From positions 160,001 through 224,000 of the forward strand of contig CAVRZA010000004.1 in assembly GCA_963725665.1 (NCBI GenBank): a stretch of 64,000 nucleotides of DNA. Direction: 5' to 3'. Below are positions 27,964-38,530 of the stretch, piece by piece. The notes beneath the pieces were generated by a model that was not told the origin of the DNA, did not search any database, and was given only the letters and a program-made list of their open reading frames with translations. This DNA is from an uncultured Actinomycetes bacterium. GTDB lineage: Bacteria; Actinomycetota; Thermoleophilia; UBA2241. The first letter of the stretch is position 1. Every line of letters starts with the position of its first letter. The position numbers and the translations under genes were made by a program.

Positions 27964-29605
27964 ATGGCAGACACGACAGCAGGCGCACCGATGGAGAAGA
28001 CGCTGTTCGTGCGCAAAGCGAGCGGCCTTGTCAAGGGCTGGTCGACGACAGACGGATTCAGGTACTCGTTCTTCTCCACCAACATCTTCCTCGGGATCTT
28101 CGGCTTCACCTACGCCGTCTTCATCCCCGGCGGCAGCCTCTTCTGGGCCGTCGTCATCACGACGGCCCTCGTGCTGCTCGAGGTCGTCGTGTACGCGGGG
28201 CTGATCTCGGCGATGCCACGTGCCGGCGGCGACTACGTGTGGCAGACGCGCGTGTTCCACAGCTCGGTCGGCTTCGTCCTTGGTGCGACCGGCTGGTGGT
28301 TCATCCTCTGGCTGTGGATCCCCCTGTACGCGGCGCTCTGCGTCAACCAGTTCATCATCCCGCTGCTAAGGATCGTGGGCTGGGGCAGCGCCGCCGACTG
28401 GCTGTTCACCAGCAACGGCATCTTCGTGGCGTCGCTGGCGACGATCGCCCTGGCGACCTACCTGGTCGCCATCGGCATGAAGTCCTACGCGACCTTCCAG
28501 AAGTGGGCCCTGTGGATCGGCTTGGCCGGCATGCTCGTGGGCGGCATCCTCCTGCTGGTCAACTCGAAGGCGAATTTCATCGCCGCCTTCAACCGCGAGA
28601 ACCTTCAGCTATACGGGGTCACAGGCGCGTACGGGAAGACGCTCGCCGCCGGCGGCGAGGGCATGCCCACGTCGATGTTCTCCGGTGCGGCGTGGGACAC
28701 GCTGAAGCTGATGCCCTTCATGCTGTTCTGGCTGCTTGTGGCCGAACTGGGGCGCTACCCTCTACGGCGAGGTCCGCGGCGCCAAGGACTTCCGCAAGAA
28801 CCTCTACCAGATGGGCGGCGGTCTCCTGGCGGCGGCTGCCATCGGACTTGTCTTCCTGGCGCTGGTCAGCAAGACGATGGGCTTCAAGTTCTTCATGGCC
28901 GGCAACAACGGCTACGAGGGCGTCATCTACGGCTACATCCCCGCGACGCCGCAGGGGGGCGAGTACCTCTCACCTACGGCGATGACGGCCTGGCTCGTCA
29001 ACAACTCGGCCTTCCAGGTCATCCTCATCGCGGCCATCTCCCTCCTTGTGTTCGGGTGGTGGGGGACGGTGTTCCTCTCGTCGACGCGCATGATCTTCGC
29101 GTCGGCCTTCGACCGCATCCTGCCGGAGCGGGCGGCGGCGGTCACAAAGGGCGGCGTGCCCTACGTGGCGCTGCTGCTCATGGCCATCCCGTCGGTCATC
29201 GTCTCGGCCTTCTACGCCTACGCGGACTGGTTCATCAAGCTCACCTACGACGCGACCCTGGTGATCGCCATCATGTTCCTCGGGTCCGGCCTCGCGTTCA
29301 TGATCATGCCGTGGCGCACCAAGGCTATCTGGGTGGCCTCAGCCCTGCCCAAGGCCAAGATCGCAGGCATCCCGGTGATGGCGATCGCCGCGGCCGGCTA
29401 CTCCGCGTTCCTCGCCTTCAACCTCTACCTGTGGTTCTACGATCCGACCAACACGTACGGCGTCGGCTACAAGAACAGCAACTCACTCATCTTCATGGCG
29501 ATCCTGTACGTCAGCGCGATCGTCATCTGGGTGGTCGCCTGGGTGGTGCGCAAACGCCAGGGCATGGCGCTCGAGGCGGTGGCGAAGGAGATCCCAGTCG
29601 AGTAA
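27964..29605 (+). CDS. APC-family amino acid/amine permease (one frameshift near 28735)
   Basis: LFVRKASGLVK, AMPRAGGDYVW, then a shifted frame with RMIFASAFDRILP. ~12 TM helices. Confidence 0.88.
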
Positions 29606-29699
29606 CTGAGACGGACTGGGGCCGCAGCGCCCCTCTGATCGTTGTGCGGGCGGCGGCTCGGCTGGTACAGCCGAGCCGCCGCCACGAGAAGGAGGTTGC

Positions 29700-31106
29700 A
29701 TGAAGATACTGACGAGGCTGGGCGACAACTCCAACGTCGAGCTGACGCGGGAGGAGTTGCGCAAGGAGCTCGAGGAGGGCACGCAGGCCGCGGCGACCAA
29801 GGCCAAGATCGCCCCGCTCACCGAGAACGAGCTCGACTACCTCGAGGAGATGTTCGTCTGTCCCAGCCGCATCTGGGGCGTCGAGCGCGGCCACGAGGTG
29901 GTCATGACCAAGGACGGCTGCGTCAACGCGCTCAACTCGTCGCGCATGTCGAGCGGCGTCGCGGCGCCCGTCAACCGCGAGGTGGGGGTGCGCCTCTTCG
30001 AGTCGATGCTGGGCTTCGACTCGATGGAAGTCTCGCACAACGACTACTCGGTCAAGCCGCAGCGCTTCCTCAAGGCGCTCGAGCAGGTGCATATGGAGCT
30101 CCTGCAGGAGACGACGATCTTTCCCCTGCTCTACGGCTTCATGCCGAACTTGGGCCTCTACTACCGGCCCGACGGCTCCTTCCCCAACCCCTCCGACCTG
30201 CTGCCGATGGGCAAGATCGACGAGGCTCGGCAGACGCAGGAAGAGGCCCTCGAGGCTTGCCAGGCGGACTGCATCGAGATGAGCGACTGCATGCTCGAGA
30301 TGGGTGCCGACGGCATCGACTACGACACCGTGGCGTCGACCGGCGACGCGGAGTTCCTGGCGGTGCTGCGCACGACCGAGCATGTGGCGAACGAGACGGG
30401 GCTGCCGGTCGAGATCGGCATGTCGGCCGAGATGGTGCTCGGCTTCCACGGCCAGCTCGAGTACGACGGCGTGCGCCTGGCCGGCCTGTGGCCGCACCAG
30501 CAGGTGCAGCTCTGCGAGAAGGCCGGCTGCACGATCTTCGGCCCGGTCGTCAACACCAACACGAGGAAGACCATCCCCTGGAACCTGTCGCGGGCCGTCA
30601 CCTTCGTCAAGGCCTGCACCGACATCGCCAAGATCCCCGTGCACGCCAACTGCGGCATGGGCGTCGGCGGCGTGGCCATGTTCGAAACGCCCGCCGTCGA
30701 CGTCGTGACGCGCGCCGGCGCGGCCATGGTCGAGATCGGCCGCGTCGACGGGTTGTAGGTGGGCACGGGCGACCCGGCCGGGATGCACACGGCGCATCTG
30801 TTGGCCTCGTCGATGGGTGGCATCAGGGCTGCCGGAGATCTGGTGGCGAGGATGCAGCTCAGCAAGAAGATGAGGATCGACGATGCCAAGCGGTACGTGG
30901 CCGACAAGCTCCATGTGAGCCCGCTCGACCTCTCCGACCCGACGGTGATGAGGCTCCTGCGCGAGGAGCTCGACATCGGCGTGGTCACGGCCGTCCCCGG
31001 CATCGCCAAGGGCATGGCGGCCAAGGTGCGCATCGCCGAGCTGCTCGACATCGAGATCAACTCGGTCGAGCAGTTCAAGAAGAAGACGGGCCTGCGCAGC
31101 GTGTAG
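29700..31106 (+). CDS. mtbB: Dimethylamine:corrinoid methyltransferase MtbB with in-frame TAG (pyrrolysine) at 30756-30758
   Basis: ORFs 29700..30758 and 30759..31106 are in the same frame, separated only by TAG. VDGL-[TAG]-VGTGDP...[10 protein letters not shown]...LREELDIG matches the MtbB VDG(I/V)-Pyl-IGVGDP context. Confidence 0.92.
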
Positions 31107-31114
31107 ACCGCAAG

Positions 31115-31272
31115 TGCGGCGAGACGTCGGCGCCCCTGCCGGGGCGCAAGCGCCGTTAGGCGAATGCAGAACGCGCGAGCGTGGGCGCGCGGGGTCGGGC
31201 TGCGGCGAGCGTCGGCGCCCCTTCCGCGGTGCACGCCGCCAGCCGAGTGCAGTTAGGCGAATGCAGAACGCG
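31115..31272. repeat. Degenerate two-unit direct repeat between convergent mtbB and tkt
   Basis: gttaggcgaatgcagaacgcg exact at 31155-75 and 31252-72. tgcggcgag(a)cgtcggcgcccct at 31115 and 31201. Confidence 0.75.
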
Positions 31273-31334
31273 GGAGGGGCCGGGCCGTACGGCGGCCCGG
31301 CCCCTCGCGCGGAATCGGCCTCGTGTGCCGGCTA

Positions 31335-33380
31335 TCAGCCGCCAACGGGAGCCGTCTGCGCCTTGCTCAGCAGAGCCTTGGCGCGCTGGTAGACGTTCTC
31401 GGCGGTGAAGCCGAGCTGCTCGAAGATCGTGCCGCCCGGCGCCGAGGCGCCGAAGCGGTCGAGGGTGATGAGCTCGCCCTCGTCACCGATCCAGCGGTGC
31501 CAGCCTAGGCTCGCTGCGGCCTCGACGGCGAGGCGGCGCCGGCAGGACGCGGGCAGGACGCTCTCGCGGTAAGCCTCGTCCTGGCGTGCGAACAGTGTGA
31601 ACGAGACCATGTTGACGAGGCGCGAGCGCACGCCCTCGGCCGCGAGTCGCTCGTGGGCGGCGAGAGCGTGCTGTACCTCGCTGCCGCTGGCGATGAGGAT
31701 GATGTCCGGTGTGCCTGCGCCGTCGGCGTCGGCGAGCACGTAGGCGCCGCGCGCCAAGCCGCTCGCCGGGGCGTAGACCGCGCGGTCGATGATGGGCAGG
31801 TTCTGCCGCGTCAGCATGAGCCCCGTGGGACCGTCGTTGCGCAGGGCGATCTTCCAGGCCTCTACCGTCTCGTTCGCGTCCGCGGGGCGGATGTCGGTGA
31901 AGCCGGGAGTCGCACGCATCATGGCGAGATGCTCGATCGGCTGGTGGGTGGGTCCGTCCTCGCCGAGGCCTACGCTGTCGTGCGTGAGCACGTAGACGAG
32001 CGGCTGCTTCATGATCGCCGAGAGGCGAAAGGCGGGCCGCATGTAGTCGGTGAAGACGAAGAAGGTGGCCACGTAGGGGCGCACGCCCCCGTGCAGGGCC
32101 ATGCCGTTGCCGATCGCCGCCATGGCGTGCTCGCGCACGCCGAAGTGGAAGTTGCGCCCCGCGGGCGTCGTCGCCTGCTGGTCGGGCACGTCCTTGATCA
32201 GGGTGTTGTTCGAGGGCGCGAGGTCGGCCGAGCCGCCGATCAAGGTGGGCAGACGCGGCGCCAGCGCGTTGATGACCTTGCCAGACGCCACGCGGGTCGC
32301 GACCGCGCCGTCCTCGGGCTTGAACAGCGGCAGGTCGGCGTCCCAGCCCTCAGGCAGGGTCCGCGACCAGGCATCCTGCCACGCCTTCGCCCGGGCGAGG
32401 TCGGACGCCCTCCACGCCTTGAGACGCTCGTTCCAGGCGGCGTGCGCGGCTGCGCCGCGTCGCGCCGCCTCCTCGTAGAACGCCCTAACCTCGTCGGGCA
32501 CCAAGAAGGTCGGCTCGAGGGGCCAGCCGAGGTTCTCCTTGGTCAGCTTGACCTCGTCGGCGCCGAGCGGCGCGCCGTGGGCGCCGGCGGAGTCCTGCTT
32601 GTTGGGCGAGCCGAAGGCGATGTGAGTGCGCACAGCGATGAACGACGGCCTGCCCGTCTCGGCCTTGGCCGCGGCGATCGCCGCGTCGATGGCCTCGAGG
32701 TCGTTGCCGTCGCCGACGCGCTGCACGTGCCAGCCGTAGGCGGCGAAGCGCGCACACACGTCCTCGGTGAAGGCGAGGTCGGTCGAGCCGTCGATGGTGA
32801 TGTGGTTGTCGTCGTAGATGACGATGAGCTTGCCGAGCTTCTGGTGGCCGGCGAACGACGCCGCCTCACTGCTCACGCCCTCCATCATGTCGCCGTCACC
32901 GGCGAGCACGTAGGTGAAGTGGTCCATCACCTGCGGCCCGTCGCCGTTGAACGTGGCGGCCAGGAAGCGCTCGGCGACGGCCATGCCGACGGCGTTGGCG
33001 AAACCCTGGCCCAGAGGGCCGGTCGTCGTCTCGACGCCGGCGGTGTGGCCGTACTCGGGGTGCCCCGGGGTCCTGCTGCCCCACTGTCTGAAGGCGCGCA
33101 GGTCGTCGAGCGTCACGTCGTAGCCCGTGAGGTGAAGCAGGGAGTAGAGCAGCATGCTGGCATGGCCGGCCGACAGCACGAAGCGGTCGCGGTTTGGCCA
33201 AGCCGGGTCGGCCGGGTCGAAGCGCAGGTGCCGCGTGAACAGCGTGTGCGCTACGGGCGCCGCGCCCATCGGCATGCCGGGATGCCCGGAGTTGGCTTTC
33301 TGCACTCCGTCGACGGCGAGGAATCGGATCGTGTCGATGCAGCGTTCTTCGAGACTCTGTGCACTCGCCACTGGGATCAT
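31335..33380 (-). CDS. tkt: Transketolase
   Basis: [38 protein letters not shown]. Confidence 0.97.
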   Translation of the reverse strand: MIPVASAQSLEERCIDTIRFLAVDGVQKANSGHPGMPMGAAPVAHTLFTRHLRFDPADPAWPNRDRFVLSAGHASMLLYSLLHLTGYDVTLDDLRAFRQWGSRTPGHPEYGHTAGVETTTGPLGQGFANAVGMAVAERFLAATFNGDGPQVMDHFTYVLAGDGDMMEGVSSEAASFAGHQKLGKLIVIYDDNHITIDGSTDLAFTEDVCARFAAYGWHVQRVGDGNDLEAIDAAIAAAKAETGRPSFIAVRTHIAFGSPNKQDSAGAHGAPLGADEVKLTKENLGWPLEPTFLVPDEVRAFYEEAARRGAAAHAAWNERLKAWRASDLARAKAWQDAWSRTLPEGWDADLPLFKPEDGAVATRVASGKVINALAPRLPTLIGGSADLAPSNNTLIKDVPDQQATTPAGRNFHFGVREHAMAAIGNGMALHGGVRPYVATFFVFTDYMRPAFRLSAIMKQPLVYVLTHDSVGLGEDGPTHQPIEHLAMMRATPGFTDIRPADANETVEAWKIALRNDGPTGLMLTRQNLPIIDRAVYAPASGLARGAYVLADADGAGTPDIILIASGSEVQHALAAHERLAAEGVRSRLVNMVSFTLFARQDEAYRESVLPASCRRRLAVEAAASLGWHRWIGDEGELITLDRFGASAPGGTIFEQLGFTAENVYQRAKALLSKAQTAPVGG

Positions 33381-33578
33381 CTGCGTCCTTTCGTCCCCGC
33401 CGTCACCAGGGCGATGCGGCGGACGCTCGTCCGCCTCGCCCCCACGGGCGGGATCGGGTGGGTGGTCGGCCGGACAGTGTTGCGCTCGCGGAGGCAGAGC
33501 CCGGCGGGCGCCCTCCCGCCCGAGGCGGGAGGGCGCCCGCCGTCAGCGGGCGCGTGTCTTGGTCGTGGCGCGTAGGGC

Positions 33579-34685
33579 CTAGCCGAAGTACTCGCGGACG
33601 AACTTGACGAAGCGCTCGTTCTCGGCGACCGTGCCCGGCGTGACCCTGAAGTAGCCCTCTTTGCCGTTGATCGGCTTGATGGTCTTGATGAGGACCTGGT
33701 AGCCCTCCTTGGCGGCGTCGACCATCTCCTGCGACGTCTTGCCGGTCACGCCGGCGTCGACGAGCATGTAGTTGCCGTGCGGCGGGTAGGGCTTGAGGCC
33801 CTTGGCCTTCAGCTCCTCGACAAAGCGGTCCATCCACTCGTTGTTGTACTTGACCTTCTCCTTGACCTCCTCGGGGTTATCGAGGATCGCCTCGGCGGCC
33901 GCCATCGCCATCAGGCTCACGTTCCAGGGCAGGTACATGCGGCTGAAGGCCTCGACGAGCTCGGGCACGGCGACGACGTAGCCGAAACGCACACCCGCGA
34001 GGCCGTAGGCCTTGGAGAGGGTGTGCGAGAGGAACACGTGCGGGTACTTCTCGACGAGGTCGATCTTGGCCTCGACCTGCGGATGGTAGTCGAGGTAGGC
34101 CTCATCGACGCAGAGCGGGATGCCCAGCTCGCAGAACTTGGCCAGGTCGGCGTCGTCGATGAAGATCCCCGTCGGGTTGTTGGGGTTGATGATGAGCATC
34201 AACTTGGTCTTCTCGTTGACGGCCGCCAGCATCCCCTCGACGTCGTACTGCAGGTCGGGCTCGCGCAGCGGGATCTGGACGTTCACGCCGCCGCACAGGC
34301 CGGCGCGCGAGGGGAACATCTCGAACGTCGGGATCGAGCAGAGGAACTCGTCGCCCGGCTTCATGAAGATGCGCATCATCGCGTCGATGGTCTCGGAGGA
34401 CCCGTTGGCCACCGCGATGTTGTCCGGGCTCACGCCGTGCAGGTTGGCCAACTTCGTGCGCAGCCGCAGCATCCGGTCCGGGTAGCGGTTGCCCTGCTTG
34501 ATGATGTTGGCGGCCGCGTTGACGACCTTGTCGGAGGGCGGCACGGGGTTCTCGTTGAGCATCATGCGGCCCAACTCCGGATGCGCCCATGCGACGTCGC
34601 AGACGGCGATGCTGTACTGGGGCGCCGTCATCACCCACGGCATGAACAGGTCCTCTACCGGCTTCTTGATCTGCGCCATTCTCAT
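33579..34685 (-). CDS. PLP-dependent aminotransferase class I/II (HisC-like)
   Basis: NENP, NPNNPTG, VDEAY, TLSKAYGLAGVRFGY. Confidence 0.9.
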   Translation of the reverse strand: MRMAQIKKPVEDLFMPWVMTAPQYSIAVCDVAWAHPELGRMMLNENPVPPSDKVVNAAANIIKQGNRYPDRMLRLRTKLANLHGVSPDNIAVANGSSETIDAMMRIFMKPGDEFLCSIPTFEMFPSRAGLCGGVNVQIPLREPDLQYDVEGMLAAVNEKTKLMLIINPNNPTGIFIDDADLAKFCELGIPLCVDEAYLDYHPQVEAKIDLVEKYPHVFLSHTLSKAYGLAGVRFGYVVAVPELVEAFSRMYLPWNVSLMAMAAAEAILDNPEEVKEKVKYNNEWMDRFVEELKAKGLKPYPPHGNYMLVDAGVTGKTSQEMVDAAKEGYQVLIKTIKPINGKEGYFRVTPGTVAENERFVKFVREYFG

Positions 34686-34712
34686 CCGTCCTTCCTCGTC
34701 AGGGGATCGTCG

Positions 34713-35936
34713 TCAAGCGGGTGTCGGAGCCGCGAAGCAGCTTCCTTCGAGGCACTTGCCTGCGAACTCGACCATGTCGTTGGTGGCCTTGCTGAACTGC
34801 TCCGCCGTCTTCACCAGCGCCGGGTGCGTGTTGTACTCGTCCCTGGTGTAGCCGTCCTCGCGGTAGGCGCGCTCGAAATAGGGCACGCGGAGCAGCTTGT
34901 CCATGACCTCCTCGGGGAAATCCTGCCAGATGCGCCCGCCGTCGTATGTGATGTCCTGGGGGGTGGGGAAGAAGAGCAGCTCGTCGATCAATCCCGGCGG
35001 GCAGGTGACGATGATGTCGCCGCCGGCCTTCTCCTCCAGGTGCCAGATGCGCGTCTTGCCGTCGACGGTCGGTCCCAGACGCAGCGAGCACGACAGCATC
35101 TTGCTCGGGTAGCCGCGCTCCTTGACCGTGCGGTAGGCCTTCTTGAAGATGGCCAGTTCCGCCGTGCGCACATCGGCCTCGGTGAGCTCGATGCCCTCCT
35201 CCTTGGCGAAGTCGCGCAGGCCGCCGAGGTCGCCGTAGCGGGCCTCCATGTGGGTGATCACGGAGCGCCACTTCGAGAGGTCGACGCCGTTGGCCTTGGC
35301 CTTCTCGAGACCCCGCACGACGGTCTTCGCGCAGTCCAGGAGCTGCGACAGGACGAAGGTGAGCGTGTTGTTGGTCGGTATGCCGCGCGAGGTGAGCTCC
35401 TCGATGAGCTGGTAGCCCTGCTTCGTGCCGGGGCACTTGACCATGACGTTCGGGTTGACGGCGTGGATCTCGAGCGCCTGGGCGAGCATCGCGTCGTAGT
35501 CGAAGCAGGAGCGCGGGTCGACCTGGCCCGAGAGGAAGCCCTCCTTGTAGCCGGAGGCCTCGAAGAGGGGCAAGAACATGTCCGATCCGGCCTTCACTAC
35601 CTCTTTGTAGAGCAGCCAGAAGAGCGACTCCTTGTCGAGACCGTCGTGCTCTTCCATAAGACGTTGAGCGACCTTCTCCCAGCGCGGCGGATCGTCCTTG
35701 ATCGCCTGCAAGGAGAGGGGCGGGTTGGTGGTGACCCCGCGGAACAGCTGGCCGAGGGGGTTGTCTCTGTCGTACATGCGCGCGAAATTGCGTCTCAGGG
35801 TCTCCTTGTCGCCCTCGTCCGCCTTGGCCAGCTCCGTCTTGGTGAAGTTCTCGAAGATCACCGGGGAGGAGTCCCACCAGATCTCCATGCCGGGACTCAC
35901 GGCGACCAGCGTCTCCATCAGGTTGTGTTCTTGCAT
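34713..35936 (-). CDS. Transaldolase-family protein (divergent, 407 aa)
   Basis: WWDS, GVTTNPP, SGQVDP, VMVKCPGT (Schiff-base Lys), NNTLTF. Confidence 0.85.
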   Translation of the reverse strand: MQEHNLMETLVAVSPGMEIWWDSSPVIFENFTKTELAKADEGDKETLRRNFARMYDRDNPLGQLFRGVTTNPPLSLQAIKDDPPRWEKVAQRLMEEHDGLDKESLFWLLYKEVVKAGSDMFLPLFEASGYKEGFLSGQVDPRSCFDYDAMLAQALEIHAVNPNVMVKCPGTKQGYQLIEELTSRGIPTNNTLTFVLSQLLDCAKTVVRGLEKAKANGVDLSKWRSVITHMEARYGDLGGLRDFAKEEGIELTEADVRTAELAIFKKAYRTVKERGYPSKMLSCSLRLGPTVDGKTRIWHLEEKAGGDIIVTCPPGLIDELLFFPTPQDITYDGGRIWQDFPEEVMDKLLRVPYFERAYREDGYTRDEYNTHPALVKTAEQFSKATNDMVEFAGKCLEGSCFAAPTPA

Positions 35937-36025
35937 GTCTCCTCCTAGCTTCTAGGCTGAAGTGGATAGGGCGCTTCCGGCCCAAACAGCGGGCTCTTGT
36001 GGCCGGCCCCCGGCCGGGCGCGCCC

Positions 36026-36979
36026 TCATTGGTCTGCGAGCCATTTCGGATAGTCGGGGTCGGCGAAGCCGCGCTCGGCGCGTCCGACGCGCTCCATGGC
36101 CCATTCCATGTAGTCGAAATCGATCTTCGACACCGTGTGCTGGATCATCGCCCACACGTCCCACCAGATGGCGGAGACGATCTTGTAGAGCATCATGCGG
36201 CCGAAGAGACGCTCGTCCATGTGGCCCAGGTAGACTTCGATGACGAGCCGCTCCTCCTCACGCGAGTACGGGTGCTCCATGACGTGGTCGCCGAGGTCGA
36301 AGTACGGGTCGGTCATGCCGCCGTACTCCCAGTCGATGATCCACATCTTGCCGTCGGCGTCGATGATGAAGTTCTCCGAGAGCAGGTCGTTCTGGCAAGC
36401 GACGTCGGGGACGGGGTTGCGCGCCGTCGCCTCTTCGATCTCGTCCATTCGCTTCAGCATCGCGGCGAGACGGTCCGGCATGGGAGTGTTGATCTCGCGC
36501 GAGACCTTCGTGTAGCGGCGTAGCATGTCGAAGATCTCGATCTTGTTGCTGAAGACGGCCTTGTCGTGGTACACGCGGACCGCCTCGACGGCCTGCTTGA
36601 TGCGCTCCGGGTGCCCGGCCATCGTGTCGGGGTGCATGACCTCGCCGTCGACGAAGTCGATGACCATGGCCTTCTCGGGCTCGATGACGTGGGCGACCTG
36701 GGGGGCCGTGCCGATCCTGGCCGCCTCGAGCATGCACTCGCGCTCGATGTCGCGGTCGATGAACATGTCGGTGCCGGCCCCGGGCACGCGCAGTACGTAC
36801 TTGCCGCCGCCGGGGTTGCCCCAGCCGCCGTTCACCCAGATGATGTAGTTGTGGTTGGTGATGCCGCCCGGGAGCTCCTCCCAGCGGATGTCCTTGCCCT
36901 TCCAGTCGTCGATGCGCGCCACGGCCTCTTCGGGAGTCAGTCCGTGTGCCTTGTGGGTCTCGGTCGTCTCGCCTCCCAT
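36026..36979 (-). CDS. Choline/ethanolamine kinase-family phosphotransferase
   Basis: GGITNHNY, VLRVPG, CQNDLLSENF, IIDWEYG, DPYFDLG. Confidence 0.88.
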   Translation of the reverse strand: MGGETTETHKAHGLTPEEAVARIDDWKGKDIRWEELPGGITNHNYIIWVNGGWGNPGGGKYVLRVPGAGTDMFIDRDIERECMLEAARIGTAPQVAHVIEPEKAMVIDFVDGEVMHPDTMAGHPERIKQAVEAVRVYHDKAVFSNKIEIFDMLRRYTKVSREINTPMPDRLAAMLKRMDEIEEATARNPVPDVACQNDLLSENFIIDADGKMWIIDWEYGGMTDPYFDLGDHVMEHPYSREEERLVIEVYLGHMDERLFGRMMLYKIVSAIWWDVWAMIQHTVSKIDFDYMEWAMERVGRAERGFADPDYPKWLADQ

Positions 36980-37060
36980 TCCCCCTCCTTCTCTCATCTG
37001 CCGGTTGCAGCGGTGGGAAAGCCTGGTCTTCCCCGTCGCGTAGGAACGTTGCGGATCATC

Positions 37061-38443
37061 TCAGGAGACCGGGACCTCGAGTCCCATGGCGGCAAGTTCG
37101 GAGCGAACCTCGTCCATCACCTTGAGGTAGTCATCATTGATGATCCGCTTGCTCTTCGGGTCGTAAACCTCCTGGAAAGTGAGTCCTTTCTCGGGATCCT
37201 TCAGCTTGTCGCCGAACAGTGGATAGAGCTTCTGCGCGATCGGCTCGGCCTGCGCGCGCGTCAGCTTGGCGGCGGCGAGGCCCATCTCGGCGTGGAACTT
37301 GTGGTCGTCGGGCACCAGCGAGTCGGACTGCACCGCCATCGCCGGGTGGCCGGAGAAGACGTTGCCGCCGGAGGTCACCACAGCGAGCAGGTAGCAGGCC
37401 ATCTCGTGGTGGTACTGCTTGGTCCCCGAGCCGCCGCCGAGGTAGGGCAGGTTGACCATCGGGTAGCGCATGTTGCGCCCGATGGCCGCGTTCGACATGG
37501 CGATCGCCCAGATCAGCGGCTTCGTCGATGAGAGGTGCAGCTTGCTGTGCAGCGGTGCGTTGTAGTGGTAGCTGCCGCGGAAGATCAGGTTGCCCATGAT
37601 CATGTAGCAGGTCGCCGTGACGGCCACGCCCTCGGCGCCGCCCGCGTAGCCCCCGAAGAGCGGCGTCGAGGTCGAGCCGATGTTGGCGCTGATGCTGTTG
37701 TAGAAGGCCACCTTCTGCAGCGCCTCGTAACCGACCACCATCTCGCTGAGGAAGTCGATGAGGAAGCCGTCGCTGGGGCGCAGGCCGAAGTCGGGATAGC
37801 TGGCGGCGAACATCGAAGCCGGCTGCGAGGCGGCCGAGATGCCGTTGATGATGGGCAGGCCGGCGCGGCCCGACCGGCGTATCCCCTCGCGCGCCAGGCG
37901 CACCGTCTTGCACGCGGCGAGGACCTCCTGCGGCGAGCGCACGCGCGCATCCCTGCCGCGGAGGTGCAGGATCGACGGGACGCTCACCGAGTCGACGATG
38001 CTGAAGGACGCCATCTTCTCGACGGTATCCATGTAGACCTGCTCGTCGGTGGTGTAGATGCCGCCGCCCACGTGCACCCACGGACGGTCGTCCGTGGTGT
38101 CGGGGCGGCGGCCGTACATCGTCTTGCGCTCACGTCCCTCGCCGAAGGTCGCGCCGGTGGGGCACTGTGCGCAGGCGGTGAGGATCTCGTCGCGCGTGAA
38201 CTCCATGACGCGGTTGGTCTCGGGGCAGTAGCCGCCGGCCTCGGCCAGCAGGTCGACGGCCGCCTGGAAGACCCGGTCCGTAAGGTCGTCGTCGGTGTTG
38301 ATGATGGTCTCTCTGTCCCACTTGATCTGATGGCGCACGATCAGCTCGGCGAGCTTGGGGACGTAGCGCTTCATGTAGTAGTCGATCTCCGAGGTGAGCG
38401 GACCAGTCTCGGCGCGATCGAATACCTCGATCAGGTCAATCAT
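37061..38443 (-). CDS. MtmB-family monomethylamine methyltransferase homologue, pyrrolysine-free
   Basis: DDDLTDRVFQAA, PLFGGYAGGAEG, KGLTFQEVYD. The Pyl-equivalent region (GRPGMGI-O) reads GRAGLPI-I. Confidence 0.88.
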   Translation of the reverse strand: MIDLIEVFDRAETGPLTSEIDYYMKRYVPKLAELIVRHQIKWDRETIINTDDDLTDRVFQAAVDLLAEAGGYCPETNRVMEFTRDEILTACAQCPTGATFGEGRERKTMYGRRPDTTDDRPWVHVGGGIYTTDEQVYMDTVEKMASFSIVDSVSVPSILHLRGRDARVRSPQEVLAACKTVRLAREGIRRSGRAGLPIINGISAASQPASMFAASYPDFGLRPSDGFLIDFLSEMVVGYEALQKVAFYNSISANIGSTSTPLFGGYAGGAEGVAVTATCYMIMGNLIFRGSYHYNAPLHSKLHLSSTKPLIWAIAMSNAAIGRNMRYPMVNLPYLGGGSGTKQYHHEMACYLLAVVTSGGNVFSGHPAMAVQSDSLVPDDHKFHAEMGLAAAKLTRAQAEPIAQKLYPLFGDKLKDPEKGLTFQEVYDPKSKRIINDDYLKVMDEVRSELAAMGLEVPVS

Positions 38444-38530
38444 TGAATGCTCCTTCAGGTCGGGCCGCCGTTGGCGCGGGGTTGCGGGTCGACGACGCCG
38501 TCATCGCGAAGTCGCTCTCGGCGCCCGTCG

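Noticed and set aside
31115-31272. Mini CRISPR array
   Set aside because: Only two repeat units, the intervening sequences are partly similar to each other, and there are no cas genes.
31653-35948. Long antisense ORFs (e.g. 31653..33575, 33777..35948; also 12033..14063, 49722..52109, 60043..61875)
   Set aside because: These are shadow ORFs of high-GC coding strands with no recognisable motifs.
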